From Phoronis australis (Eukaryota > Animalia > Phoronida): a stretch of DNA of 64,000 nt. Each line of letters starts with the position of its first letter. The first letter of the stretch is position 1. Below are positions 13,670-25,050 of the stretch, one piece after another. The stretch is taken from NCBI GenBank assembly GCA_002633005.1, contig NMRA01000036.1, positions 496,001 through 560,000 of the forward strand, in the 5' to 3' direction. The translations under genes were made by a program, and so were the position numbers. The notes beneath the pieces are model-generated. The model worked only from the letters and a program-made list of their open reading frames with translations. It had not been told where the DNA came from and made no database searches.

Positions 13670-13687
13670 TGGCGTAGTCGGCAGGAT
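13670..13687 (+). promoter_or_regulatory. Primer-binding site complementary to the tRNA-Ser 3' end
   Basis: TGGCGTAGTCGGCAGGAT is the reverse complement of ATCCTGCCGACTACGCCA, the recalled 3' end of eukaryotic tRNA-Ser(AGA/UGA). Confidence 0.85.
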
Positions 13688-13827
13688 TTTTGGGGTTTTT
13701 TTTTGGTTGGGTGTGGTTTCCCGTACATTCTCGTAGTTTAGGCAGTGTCTTGGTTATAAACGCCAATTCATTCCCTAACAAGTTTGTCCCATTTATTTAT
13801 TTATTTATATTGCTTACAAACTCGATC

Positions 13828-15410
13828 ATGTCAGTCAGTTTTTATGTACCTATTAACTACTGTCGTGAGTCAGAGTTGTGGGCTTTGCCGGGAGTCGACA
13901 AGGACATAGCCCGTCAGATAGTTGACTTCCGAAAAAGGTGTCCCATCGATCACCGGAATATCTATGAGATATCGGATGATTGGGTGGTTACAAGTTTGGT
14001 GACTGAGCGGGTGGATTACTCATTAGCCCCTGTATCAGATTCCCATACATACAATTTGCCGGCAGGGTTAGCTCGAGTGGCTGACACTTGCGACAGGCTG
14101 AATACGTCCCCTAGTCCTCGTTTGGAAAGGACTGTAAGGTACCAAGGGGGTTCCCAATACCAAGTAGATGAGGGTAGGCGCGACAGTGGCATAAGTCCCG
14201 GTGTTTATACTCCTCCTAGTAGGCGAAGAGGGTATTCGGGAAACATAGGAGGTCGGTGTGACAGCGGTCTGGATCCCGACACTTTTATTTCTCCTGTTCG
14301 CCCAAGGGGGTACTGGGAAAATAGAGAGGGAAGGCGCGACAGAGGCGGAAGTCCCGGCGCAAGAAATGCCAGGGGGTATAAAGTGGATTCGCATGCTCCT
14401 CATAATTTAGTTTTCAAGGGCTTGCGAAATACCTGGAAAGATTTCCACTGGAAGTTTAGCCGTTTTGCTAGGGAAAACTTCTGGTCTGGTGATAAATGTT
14501 TAGCAGAGCTAAGTCTTTGCTGTGAAGGGGATGCACTCCGCTTTCTCTGTAATTTTACAGAAAGTCAGCCAGAGGCATTATATGAGGATGTGGTAGAAGC
14601 CATGAGAAAACGCTTTGGCATTTCTTCTGGAGTGCCAGGGGTGGATCAATTACAATTCCACTCTGTGTCCCAAAAGCATGCCGAGTCCCTTCACCAGTGG
14701 GCTGACAGGCTCTATCATTTTTTTTTTGTTGGCATTCCCCCATCCTTCCGACAGTACTCAGGTTTTGCCTGGGGTTAATTGATAAGCAAATGGCTCACCA
14801 TGTCCTTAATAGTGGCCCCCGTTCTTTTGACGAGGCTTTGGATTGTGCGGTTTGGTATTTGACAACCAAAGCTCTCATTCATGCACATCATCCATTCACA
14901 AATTCAAAAGTGATTGATGATGACTGCTACATGCAGAGTCATTACCCAGTCACGCCCAAACATCCTTCTGAGGATACTATCAGCGCCTTAGTGGAGAGAT
15001 GTAATGTATTAGAGTCCCGTGTTAGTTATCTAACGGAAGATAAAAAATTATTACACCAAAAGTTGGACCACATGACTCGCATGTTTTATAAAATGGAGGA
15101 CAATTTCTCTAACACTAAACCAAATGTTGAGAAAGTTCGTCCGATCACTGTACCATCTTGCCATGATTCTACCCGTCCAGTTCCCATCACAGCTTCTGTT
15201 CGTCCTGTCCGTTCAACACACAAGTATGGCAAGTGCTTTAGATGTGGAGAAAGTGATCATTTGCGTGTCAATTGTCCAAAAAACAGACCGGCTGGCGTCA
15301 AGCGGGTATCATCAGCGTTTCCAAACGTTTTAAGTTGGAGCGGACTGAATGAAAAATCGATGTCCCAAGTAATGGGGGGGGCCCCAACCAAAAAAGACAC
15401 AACCTGTTAA
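13828..15410 (+). pseudogene. Gag-like ORF: N-terminal HhH motif, capsid-like region, CCHC zinc knuckle; frameshift/deletion near 14720-14760
   Basis: ATG at 13828; capsid-like FKG..W.DF.WKF...LEGDAL...Q...ESL..WADRL; continues in another frame as VLRFCLGLIDKQMAHHV; knuckle CFRCGESDHLRVNC. Confidence 0.85.
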
Positions 15411-16565
15411 CATAAAGACAATGTGATAGTTCCCATTTGAAGATGGAGATAAAACAACTGTTAAATCAGATAAAACCAATAAAAAGCGTTTGAAGTGCCA
15501 GCACACCCCAAATGGACAGTAAAATAGTAGACAGAGTTTTCCAAACGAACAACACATTAGAATAAACATTTTTGTGAATGATGTTAATTCCCGGGTGGGC
15601 CTCACTTCTTTTAGGGAAGGGGAGAATGTTGTAATTATAGTAAACATCATTCGTCCTTGTCCTTGTCCTGTGCTGTCCTGTGATTCGTCCATGTGATAGT
15701 TCCCGGATGGCACCAGCATAAAAACATCACCAAACCCGGGAACTTGGCCTGTCAAATCTGGACCTTGGTGAAAGCTGGTTGTGTAGGCTTTCAGCCGTAC
15801 AGATTGGCCGTACATTGTAAGTACTCTCCGTGAGGCATAACTAGTGAACCTGTGTAGAAATACAACAACGGTGTCCAGGGACTTCAAATTTATGACAAGG
15901 TGCTATTTCCGGTTTCGCAACGGCGGGAAGCTCAATCATGTGATCAAGGGCCTGAGCTGCTGGCTTGAAATGTTATGTTTAACTAAATTATAGTCTTCTA
16001 GTATGTAACTTCTCTCATTTTTACCAGTGACAGGGTCGTTGGCTGCAGTATCAGTATGTCCTGATGAGCTGGCTCTTCAAACGTGGTCTGATTAAGACTG
16101 TTCTGACACCAGAGCACAGCAAGTTCATCAGTGAAGGCACTTTCCCGTTTTTATGCTCCACTGCATGGCTTTTCATCATTCTTCTCTTGTAAAACTTGTA
16201 TGTATTCCAATTTGAGCTGCAGACGAAGGGAAACTGCCTGTTAGTTTTGTGTTTTCAATATGCAATAGTGAAATGATGCAAAACTGGTTCTAACACTCCA
16301 TTATGAGGCTCTTTCTTTATAGGAAAACCAACTTGTGACGTTTCCGATGTCTGGCGGCCTTGTGATTAAAGCCAGTGGGTTTGAATACGATATTTTCAAT
16401 TTTCTCTGAGGTTAAAAAACTAGGGGAATTTTCTGTCGTGATGAGGAGAATTTTGCATGATTTTTTAATATTTTTGACAGACTGAGAGGAATGGGGGCCA
16501 TATTCCGCCCCAATTTTGAGGGATCGAGGGCCCTGAAACGATTTAATATAGAGTATTTGGCTTTT

Positions 16566-16660
16566 CGTAGAACTGCTTCTAGTTAATCATTGTAAGCCGC
16601 TGTTAGCCTCCCCCTAAGGGCAATTGCTATTAGCCGATTGGTTGGCACTCTTGCTGGGAT
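16566..16660 (+). repeat. Diverged second copy of the LTR 5' part
   Basis: cgtagaactgcttc...ctgttagc...gggcaattgctattagccgattggttggcactcttgc aligns to 13519-13612 (about three quarters identical by eye); keeps the A box, lacks the B box. Confidence 0.65.
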
Positions 16661-17245
16661 AGGCAGTCTCAGATAGCAGGATCACTGTTCACAGTGGTGA
16701 TTCCTGTAATTAATTGTCCCACCGCACTGGTTGATCTCTCAAGTTAGCCTTGCATACTTTTGGGAGGGGGGTGCGTAGTTCTTAAACGCTTCTGGAATGG
16801 CGTGTATGCCTAGCTTCTCTTTAAAAGTTATTTATCTCGCCTTAATTGAGGTCCACTGTAGAAACATCTACATGTTTATTGCCGAGAATCTAGCATGTGT
16901 CCATCAATGTGCAAGCGAGCTATTAGCATCCGAACGGATGCTAATTGGCAAGCGATTTACAGACGCTTTAAGGCTTTGCATTTTGACAAAAATTTCATGG
17001 CCAAAAATGCAGCCATGATGAGATGCAACTTGTCACTTCATACATGTTGATTGGTCTGTGTGCCAAATGTGAGTGTACTAGGACTGGAATTGTCCTCCAA
17101 CTGATACCATATCAACTTCTTGTGTTTGAAGCTAAACTGGCGTTCAAATTGTTGAATTTTGCCCAGCAACTCTTGCAAACTGTTGGTAATTGTTTGCTTT
17201 TTTATTCATTGTAGGACTGTGTTGCCTTCATAAAATTAGTAGACC

Positions 17246-17914
17246 ATGTTTTTGGATATCAACCATCTGCTAGGCATTGAGCAGTCAGAGGATCTGAAGG
17301 GGAAGATGGTGGCTGCATGTAGTTCTAATACAGATGGCAGTTTTTTAATTCACCATTTCCTGACTATGTTTTTGAAACAAAATCAGCCTGTGTGTTTTCT
17401 TACTTTGGGACAGTCATTTGGCCACTACAATGCTGTTGCATTAAAACTTGGTGTTAACCTGAAAACTGCTAGAGACAGTGACCAGCTGCATGTTGTTGAA
17501 GGACTGAAGTTATTTAGAACAAGACTGTACAATCCTACGAAAAATGCGAATCCATCTGTTAATTTGTTTGATTTTTTGGAGAGAGAGGATGGATCATTAC
17601 AGTCGATGTATAATATTCTTAAGGAGGTGTTTATCGTTGCGTCACAGAGAGGCTCATGTGCACTGCTTCTCATTGACGACATACGAGTGCTAACTAGTGT
17701 GGGGGCTTCAGGGAAACAAGTCATGACAATGATGCACCAATTGAGACATATGGTTGCTGGATATGGGGGTTGCTTAGCAACGTTACTCAGCACTGATAGA
17801 TATGGTGAAGATGAGGTCAACGCTTTGCTGTGGAGGTGGTTTTGTCATGAGAGTGACCTTACAATACACATGTATGGACTGGACTCTGGCTATTGTAAAG
17901 AAGTACATGGTGAG
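17246..17914 (+). CDS. ELP6: Elongator complex protein 6, first coding exon (223 codons)
   Basis: DGSFLIHHFL...QSFGHY..VA.KLGVNL...LLIDD...GL.SGYCKEVHGE; acceptor at 17214 upstream of ACCATG; donor gtaggt at 17915. Confidence 0.93.
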
Positions 17915-18204
17915 GTAGGTTATTGTCTTGAATATAGTGCTCAGTTAATACCGGTAGTTTTATCTTCCAATACAGACCTGGGGTGACTAGCTTGAAGCCA
18001 GCTTATCTACTTTTGCCCTAAAAATGTATTTGTATGCTCCTAACCATGGTCATGTATAGCAGAAACTGCTATTGGAAGTGAGGAGTCTACTATGTTACTA
18101 AAAGCAGTAATATTATCCAGTTTAAAGACAATTTTACCAAGTTCTGGTAAAATTGCAGCTAAAAAGTTGCTTGAAAATCATCAATGCCATTGATCTTATT
18201 TCTC

Positions 18205-19230
18205 TAACACCCCCTAGTGGCAATTTTTTGCATCCACGGCTTTTCTCCTAATCCTTTGAAGGATCTTTGTGAAATTTGGCAGACATGTTCTTATGGAGGT
18301 GACAACAGATGGAATTCCTTGTCGCATTTTCACGAAATTTGGCAGATCGCTGTTATCAGAGAGACCACAAACCCCCAATTTCAGATGGGTTTGATGTACT
18401 ATCTAGCAGCCTTTTTATTATTTTTAAATCACATTTTATAAGCAGGTCCCTAAGGCAAGCTCTTAGATTCTTAACAGTTGGGGGGCACATGGGAGGCGGA
18501 GCATCCCATGGGATTTGAAAGTCCTTTTTTCAAATTTATTTGTATTAACCTGGATTTTTGTTCAATCCACAGGTAGCTATTGCAATTTGTAAGTTGAACC
18601 TGAACTCCAAAATATTGGTGAAATATGTACTTTGTGTACCGTAATCCAGATATGCACTTTGTACAATGTCATCAAAAAGTCATACTCCTAACAGTCAGTT
18701 TGACATGTACTAGTTTCTCACCAACAACTTCCGATTTTCAAAAGAATATTGTTTTTATGATACTGTGGGGGAAAAGTTTCAACATTGTGTCGTTATAAAA
18801 CCACCAGAAATATTTCTATTGCGAAATTCTCAAATGTTAGTCTACGCTTTTCAAACTTCCATCCGTTCGATGGCGGTATTCTTCTTTACGATAATAAGTG
18901 CCCACATATTTCAGACCGACCCGAATACTGCTGTGCCCCCTAGTGGCAATTTTAGTTTTTTACGTTTTCCTATGTATCTTTGGAGTTCCTTGATGGATTT
19001 TCATGAAATTTGGTAAAAAGGTTTTTTACTACAAAGGCGATGATGCCATTCCATTTTCGGATGGATTCGACGAATTTTACGCCACCTTGTGGACATTTTT
19101 ATTTTTGCGCCCATTTTCTGGCATCGGCCTCGCTATCTGTCATACCGCTCATCGGAACATTTATAAAAATTTCAAAATTATTGCTGATGAGAAGGCCTTG
19201 AGTGACAATGATTTTTGTGTAGTCCTCTAG
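18205..19230 (+). mobile_element. Fragments of a Helentron/HINE-like repeat family in the ELP6 intron
   Basis: Recurring ccctagtggcaatttt...gaaatttgg core at ~18210 and ~18937; same core at ~56367 and ~56578; palindrome atcccatgggat at ~18503. Confidence 0.5.
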
Positions 19231-19297
19231 AGGCGATATTTATTTATCTGTGACCAAGTCTCTTTAACTGTTTGCCATAGGATACAAATAAACAACC

Positions 19298-19761
19298 CTA
19301 GAAGCACACCGTTTGCGGTGCAGTCGTGGGCACATTTCAACGCAAGTACAAAGATCGACCAACAGGACTGTCATCTAACAACTGTCGAATCCTACAGCTT
19401 AGATAGATTTAAGACCTTTGATTGTTTATGGTAGTTACTCTCCTTCGTTGTTAGTGTACTTAATTAACATCAGGTTTCACTTGTTTTACTTAGTAGTTAT
19501 TACATAATGTACTAATTACTGGATTTCACTATTCTCCATCCACGCACAATCACAAAGCATACTTACTTTTTAAACTGAACTCACAGTCAACTTCTGACGT
19601 CCTATTTTGCTGTCTTCCTTTTCTCGACTGTCCCAGCCCTATGCCTATTCCAGTTTTAAACTTTACGCCTGCAAATTATTAGGGATACCTGGTTCCTCAG
19701 CTTCCTGTGTTCCTGCTAGAAGCACACAGTTTGCGATGCAATCGTGGGTGCATTTTAATGC
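19298..19761 (-). repeat. Two copies (19298-19343, 19716-19761) of a Helitron/HINE-type 3' end
   Basis: Minus strand reads ...gcaccg caaa cggtgt gctt CTAG (hairpin followed by CTAG); the second copy is slightly diverged. Confidence 0.5.
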
Positions 19762-19866
19762 TCTACCTTGCTCTTATTACAAAATATGAACATGTGTTTT
19801 AAAAACTCTGTAATGGTCTGATATCACAACATCTTCAGTCTGAATGGAAATTGTATTATTTTCCAG

Positions 19867-19983
19867 ATGGCTATATGCTGGCGATGTACTTCCTACTCAA
19901 GAAGTGACAAAAAGATGCAATTCAAAGTGCAAGACAAGTCTGTGACTCTGTTTGCACCTGGAACATCTTCAGCCATTTTGTAA
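19867..19983 (+). CDS. ELP6: ELP6 last coding exon MAICWR...MQFKVQDKSVTLFAPGTSSAIL*
   Basis: ttccag acceptor, phase 0; matches the recalled ELP6 C-terminus (YKIQDKSVSFFAKGMSPAVL). Confidence 0.92.
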   Translation: MAICWRCTSYSRSDKKMQFKVQDKSVTLFAPGTSSAIL

Positions 19984-21206
19984 ATTACCTTATTCTCCAT
20001 GTATGGACACTAAAACTCTGAACAGTAGTGTGTTTGTTATTGATTGGGTTCCGTAAATCCTAGGCACTAGCGACAAAAGCTGGTATGATCACATTTTCTC
20101 TTGTAATGTATGGCTATAACTTGTATTAATTATTAAAGGCTTGTACTGCCATATCTTACTTTTTCGTGGGTTGCTTTGGTCAACAGAATGCACCCTGTGT
20201 TAGAAAAGTCTTATTCAAAAGAGAAATACAAAAATTTAATCTTGTCTGTCATATCACAAACTAAGTTCCTCACATTTCTTTATTTCGTATAGAACCCGTA
20301 ATGGCATACCGGGAACATATATTAACTTTTATTCAGAACCTGAACGGAGACATACACAAAAACTCTATTAAGACAGTTTTAAAAAATCACATTTTAATGA
20401 ATCAGTCCCCTGTCCAAGCTTGCAAAAGAAATGGCTCGGAGTTTTCATTCCCCATGCCCATTCGATACAAAGTTCGTTCATTTCCGTGTGACGTTATCAT
20501 GTACTACATATGGTAATATATCTTACATATTTACATTGTATCGTCGCATGGAAGATGGCGTATTGTAATTGTGTTATTCCCCATTATCAATTTACTTTGC
20601 CATATATTCTTTCATACATCTACAGTGTATAAGTTTGTGTGAATTCTACGTCAGATTTTCTCACGCCTCGTGTGAAACACATTAAAATTCACATGCACAG
20701 TAGGTCTTGTAAATTGAAATAGTGAAACGTGGATCATTTATTGGACCGTCCTAATCCCGTCCCGTCCATCAAACAGGCAAGATTCACGGGGAGAGCTGGG
20801 GCCGTTCGGTATGGGTCCTGCAAAGTGTTTTTATATTTTAATTCCTTGAGGATTGAGTCCTGCTGGAGTCCCGCCCTGTCCTCGAATCGTGAAAATAAAA
20901 TTCAGTGGAAGGACAGATTTTATGTCCCATCGCATCCCCTCCTACATGGCGGGTGCCCGTGGACTCCTAAATTCGCTTGAAAACAACCAAACACACGCGT
21001 TGAGATTTGGGCCACTTACAGCTGTAAAGGCTAACCTTACTTTCGATTCATATGAGAAGTGGTTTCTTGTTTTGGATAAACCTGACACTTCATTATTGCT
21101 TTAGACCATGCTTGGCACATGAAACGACAAGACAGGCCAACTCGTAGAGCCTGACGTCCAGCAACAATTGGAACTCGTAGTTCTTGCTAAGCCTAGAAAT
21201 CGCCGC

Positions 21207-22439
21207 TTATTACTTGGCGAAATAAATTTCGCCAAGTATGTTGCTCTTCCACTAAGTTTTTTTTTTTTTTTTTGTTTGTTCGCACGATACAGGTCGCAAT
21301 TTTCGTCCGATCATCACGAAATTTACACACAACACGTACTTCCGGAAGTACTGGAAGCCTATTGTTTTTTGTCAAAATCGGATCCAAGGTGGCGGCTGTG
21401 GCGGCCATTTTGTTTCCATTTAAAGGTTCAAATGCTTCTGTAGGCCACAAATTTTTACGTAAAAGGCTAAGAATCGGCACAGTTAATGGACCGGAAGTTT
21501 GCTACAAGTATACCGGAAATAGTTTACTTCCGGTTAAAGATGGCGGAAATATCGGCGATCGCGCATGCGCACCTCGATTTTGGCCTGAAAACGTTTTCTC
21601 TTCTAGAGGGCGAATTATATGACCAATTCCTTCGAATTTTTATAGGTATCAGTTTCTTGTAACATGCTAATATACAAAGCCAAAAAACCGGAAGTTGCTT
21701 TCAAGATGGCGGATCTGGCGCATGTTGACCTATTTTCAGTCGTGCTGGAGTGCGATTTTAAACGGGAAGAGAAAAAGACGTGATTTTTTGCATGTGGATT
21801 CTTTGAAGTATATTCTTTCAAATGGCCTGTAACAATTTTTTTCTCAGACTTACCATTTTCGAGTTATTTGACTTTGAATTTCTTAAAAAAACGCAAAATT
21901 TCATTTTTTTCGAAAAATTTACGGAATTAGGCGATACCATCAGTTTAGATAGAATTTTGAACGGGCTTTCAGAAGATGTTTTCCATTTTTCGCTAGGACG
22001 TCTACTTTTTGAGTTATTTGAGATTTTTTGATAACGCTGTTCCTTTGTTGAGCGCTCTTTCTGCATTGATGTTGGTTTATCTTCTATTGAACTAGACTGT
22101 AGCCTATTTCTTGTTGATTTATGACATCTAAGTTCATCATATGAATGTTGTGATGTTGTTCATCATCGCCACCACCATCACCATATTCGTCATCATCGTC
22201 GTCATCTTCGTCATCATCTCCGTCGTTGTCTTTTCCGTTAATTTCGCCAAGTGTCGCACAAGACTGTATCCTTTTTCTTACTGATTTCGGACTTCTACGT
22301 TCGTCATGTGTATGTTGTTATTACTTCTTTTGTTCAACCTCGCCACCATCGTCGTCATATTCGTCATCTTCGTCATCATCTTTATCGTCATCTTTTTGGT
22401 TAATTTCGCCAAGGTTCGCTCCTCGGAGCGCTTTCATTT
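21207..22439 (+). mobile_element. HINE/DINE-1-like non-autonomous Helentron
   Basis: 5' perfect 13-bp inverted repeat TACTTGGCGAAAT-aa-ATTTCGCCAAGTA (21211-21238), T-rich tract, internal core, subTIR ATTTCGCCAAG at 22403-22413, hairpin CGCTCC-tc-GGAGCG at 22417-22430, T-rich end; 3' end with (CAT/CGT)n is duplicated. Confidence 0.75.
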
Positions 22440-23102
22440 GACTAGTGAACCATTTGAAACCAATTTCATAATTATAAGGGGCTTAAGTAAAAAATACAAT
22501 TTTGTGACAATTGACAGGTATATAGACGCTTCAAGTTGAAACTTATTTGTGTTTTTATTACAATCAGCCCGAATCAAGTGACACGGCCTCCCCACTAATA
22601 GCCCAAACAAAAACGGGAACTAGGCTGACAAACTCAATCAAGTCTCAAAATTTCCATGACGGCAATCCCTAGCGGCTGATGTGAAGCAGTCAAAATTTCG
22701 AAGGGTTGTCCAAGACTCAAAATTTTTGTTTTTGTCACCGTGTAATTTCCTACCCACTGGATGACCTGTTGGAGGATGGGACTTTCAGGCTTTTTATAGT
22801 TTGCGTTTTAGGCAGTATGCAGGGGCCCCACGAAGGTGTCTAAATGTTTCTTTAAAGCTACAATGAATAAACCCGCTTTCCATCATAACTTTTATTTATA
22901 CCACTTTCCGTTTGGGAATTGATCTTAAATTATTGCTAAGTCAAAGTGGATGTGATATCTGGGCTTCGCAAGAACCGAATGTGGAACGTCAGAGCATGTC
23001 ACTTGCGTCAAGCGTGGTCTCAGTTAACGACATATAATAAGGAACAAGCTGAGACCAGTTTTATAGCGGTGTGGCCTAAGCCAAAACTTTGCTTCTTGGA
23101 GT

Positions 23103-25050
23103 TGTTACGTACCACAATAACAAAGTATAATTTCAAATGAACAATATGAAACAAAATACAAGCGGGTGAGTGAGAAACTGTAAATAAGTGTACCTTTTGC
23201 ACAGTCTTGAATAAGATAACCATTGCTTCGCTGTAAAGAACTTCCGGGGAGAAAGAGAGTCCATGAATCCATAGCGTCGTCTGGACTGTTCTTAGCTAGC
23301 GGGCGAGAGCTTAGAGACCGAAGCACATCCTTTGGCTACTGCCTCATGAACCACACCCACGTCGTTGACTGTTCGAAGCTGGCGGGCGAGAAGGAGAGAG
23401 TCCACAAAACCATAGTGACGTCGTTGACTTCTTAGCTAGCGGACGAGAGCTTCACGACTGCATCACTTCCTATGGCTTGTGCCTCTTGAACCACACCCAA
23501 CCCACAGTTCACAGTGGTTATACAGCCACAGCTCCATCTAATAGTGGAAGCTTAATTAAAGACCACATGACGCTGCACTTAGAAAGTATTGATCTAAGCA
23601 AATTTTAGGTACACTGAACAAAACCTAACAACTTCTTACGCTCCAACAGGGCATGCCGCTTTTACAGATCTCTTCTGACGCCGTGTTAGTCTGCAATTAT
23701 ACTATCTTTTCATCCAATGCGTTTTATCTCCAAATCATATTCCTGTACAATTAAGCTCCAATTTAACAGACGCCTGTTTTTGTTTTTCATTTTACTCGAG
23801 AATACCAACGGATTATGATCCGTATACACCAACATTGGCTTTTGATTAGTGCATATACACCGTCGTTGTAAGATCAATATCCAGGCTAGTAGCTCTTTCT
23901 CAATTATCGAGAAATTCCTTTGGTGCTTACTGTACTTCGACGAGAAGTATGCAACAGGATGCTCATCAGAGTCTCTTATCATTTTGTTGCAATAACACAG
24001 CACGTGCAACTTCATGGTTGGCATAGCGACTGAAACGGCTACTAAAGCAGACGACTGGAGGACAGGAAATTGACATGTTTAAAAAAAAACTCAAACACAT
24101 GTCGACAAGATTATGTTCAATAAATATGACATTTTTTCTCAACAAATTTGTGAGTGGCAGTGGCACGTCGGCAAAATTCTTACAGAACGTGCGATAATGC
24201 CCAATCATTCCCAAGAAAAGATGTCCCCGACAGCGGAAACCGCAAACGACAAAACGGCGTGACCTTGGTATATACTGGGGCAACCTTACCTTGCTCAATC
24301 ACATGACCTAAAAAAGTTAGCCTACATTAGCTTGACCATACTCACATTTGGTTAAATTCACTGACAAATTCGTCTTGGACAATATTTGAGAGAATCTGAA
24401 AAGTTGCTGGAGCATTGTTCATACCAAACAGTTCATACTCATAAAGTCCAGATTGGTTACAAATGCTTATATTTTCCTGGAACAATCAGCGAGCGGTACA
24501 CACCAGTAACCTTTTAACAAGCCAGTCTTGGTGAGGAATGTGGCTCCTCCCATTTCCCACAGCTCAATGTGTTCGCCCAAACTTTGGGAGCAATTTCTAA
24601 TATTTAAATACCAACTCTATCATTTGGGATTGTTGCACAGTTTAACTGAGAGAACATATATTGTCAATGTTTTCAAGCACTTCAGTGTTGGTTAATTTGA
24701 AAGGAACCACCTCAGATTTGACAAGAGGCTCACTGGGATCATCACTGTTGCTAACTCAGGGCCAGTTTTGCTAAGGATAGCGGCCATGGCTGCTGCAACA
24801 TCAATTGAGCCGTTAAAAAAAGATTTGAGCATATTGATATGACACTACGAGGCTTGCATCTGTCAGGAGTCTGAACTACATAGGTGAGATCGCTAACTTT
24901 AGAATGCTCTGTCGTTCCATGGAACCTAGCTTGCAATGGGTTTGACCGGATAGGAAACCGTCAGTACAAACACCTTGTCACCAAGTTTGTAATGTTCTGC
25001 CCTAGTTTTCCTATCATATACTTTCATCCTATGTTGGCTAGACTCAAGGT
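23103..25050 (-). mobile_element. Decayed Gmr1-type gypsy element (INT-RT-RNase H order) with probable 3' LTR at ~23103-23524
   Basis: Minus-strand fragments: INT tail YDRK...GDKV...NPLQARFHG...DLTYVV (~24800-25040), RT LLKGYW.VPL, FLGHVI, FLGMIGHYR.F (~24150-24520), RNase H HPVAYFS...IEKELLA...TDHNPL...WSL..QEY (23710-24024); many stops. Confidence 0.85.
23248..23500. repeat. Two diverged ~115-bp direct repeats within the probable LTR
   Basis: gagagtcca...ttcttagctagcgg.cgagagctt...gcctc.tgaaccacaccca occurs twice. Confidence 0.75.

Larger units (their letters stand above)
13519..16872 (+). mobile_element. Non-autonomous (gag-only) Ty3/gypsy-type LTR retroelement; 3' boundary uncertain
   Basis: LTR TGTAG...CTACA at 13519-13667, PBS at 13670-13687, disrupted gag at 13828-15410, diverged LTR-like copy at 16566-~16660, purine tract at 16762-16771; no pol motifs recognised. 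Confidence 0.75.

Noticed and set aside
15330-15887. 185-aa antisense ORF, or a pol remnant on the plus strand
   Set aside because: Non-ATG start and no recognisable motif; no protease or RT signature on the plus strand
16922-16945. Perfect 11-bp hairpin as a terminator or regulatory RNA
   Set aside because: More likely the terminal palindrome of a HINE-type fragment; intrinsic terminators do not apply in this eukaryotic context
14068-17820. Antisense ORFs over gag and ELP6
   Set aside because: Shadow frames of real coding sequence
22150-22539. Ser-rich and hydrophobic ORFs
   Set aside because: Translations of a (CAT/CGT)n microsatellite inside a HINE
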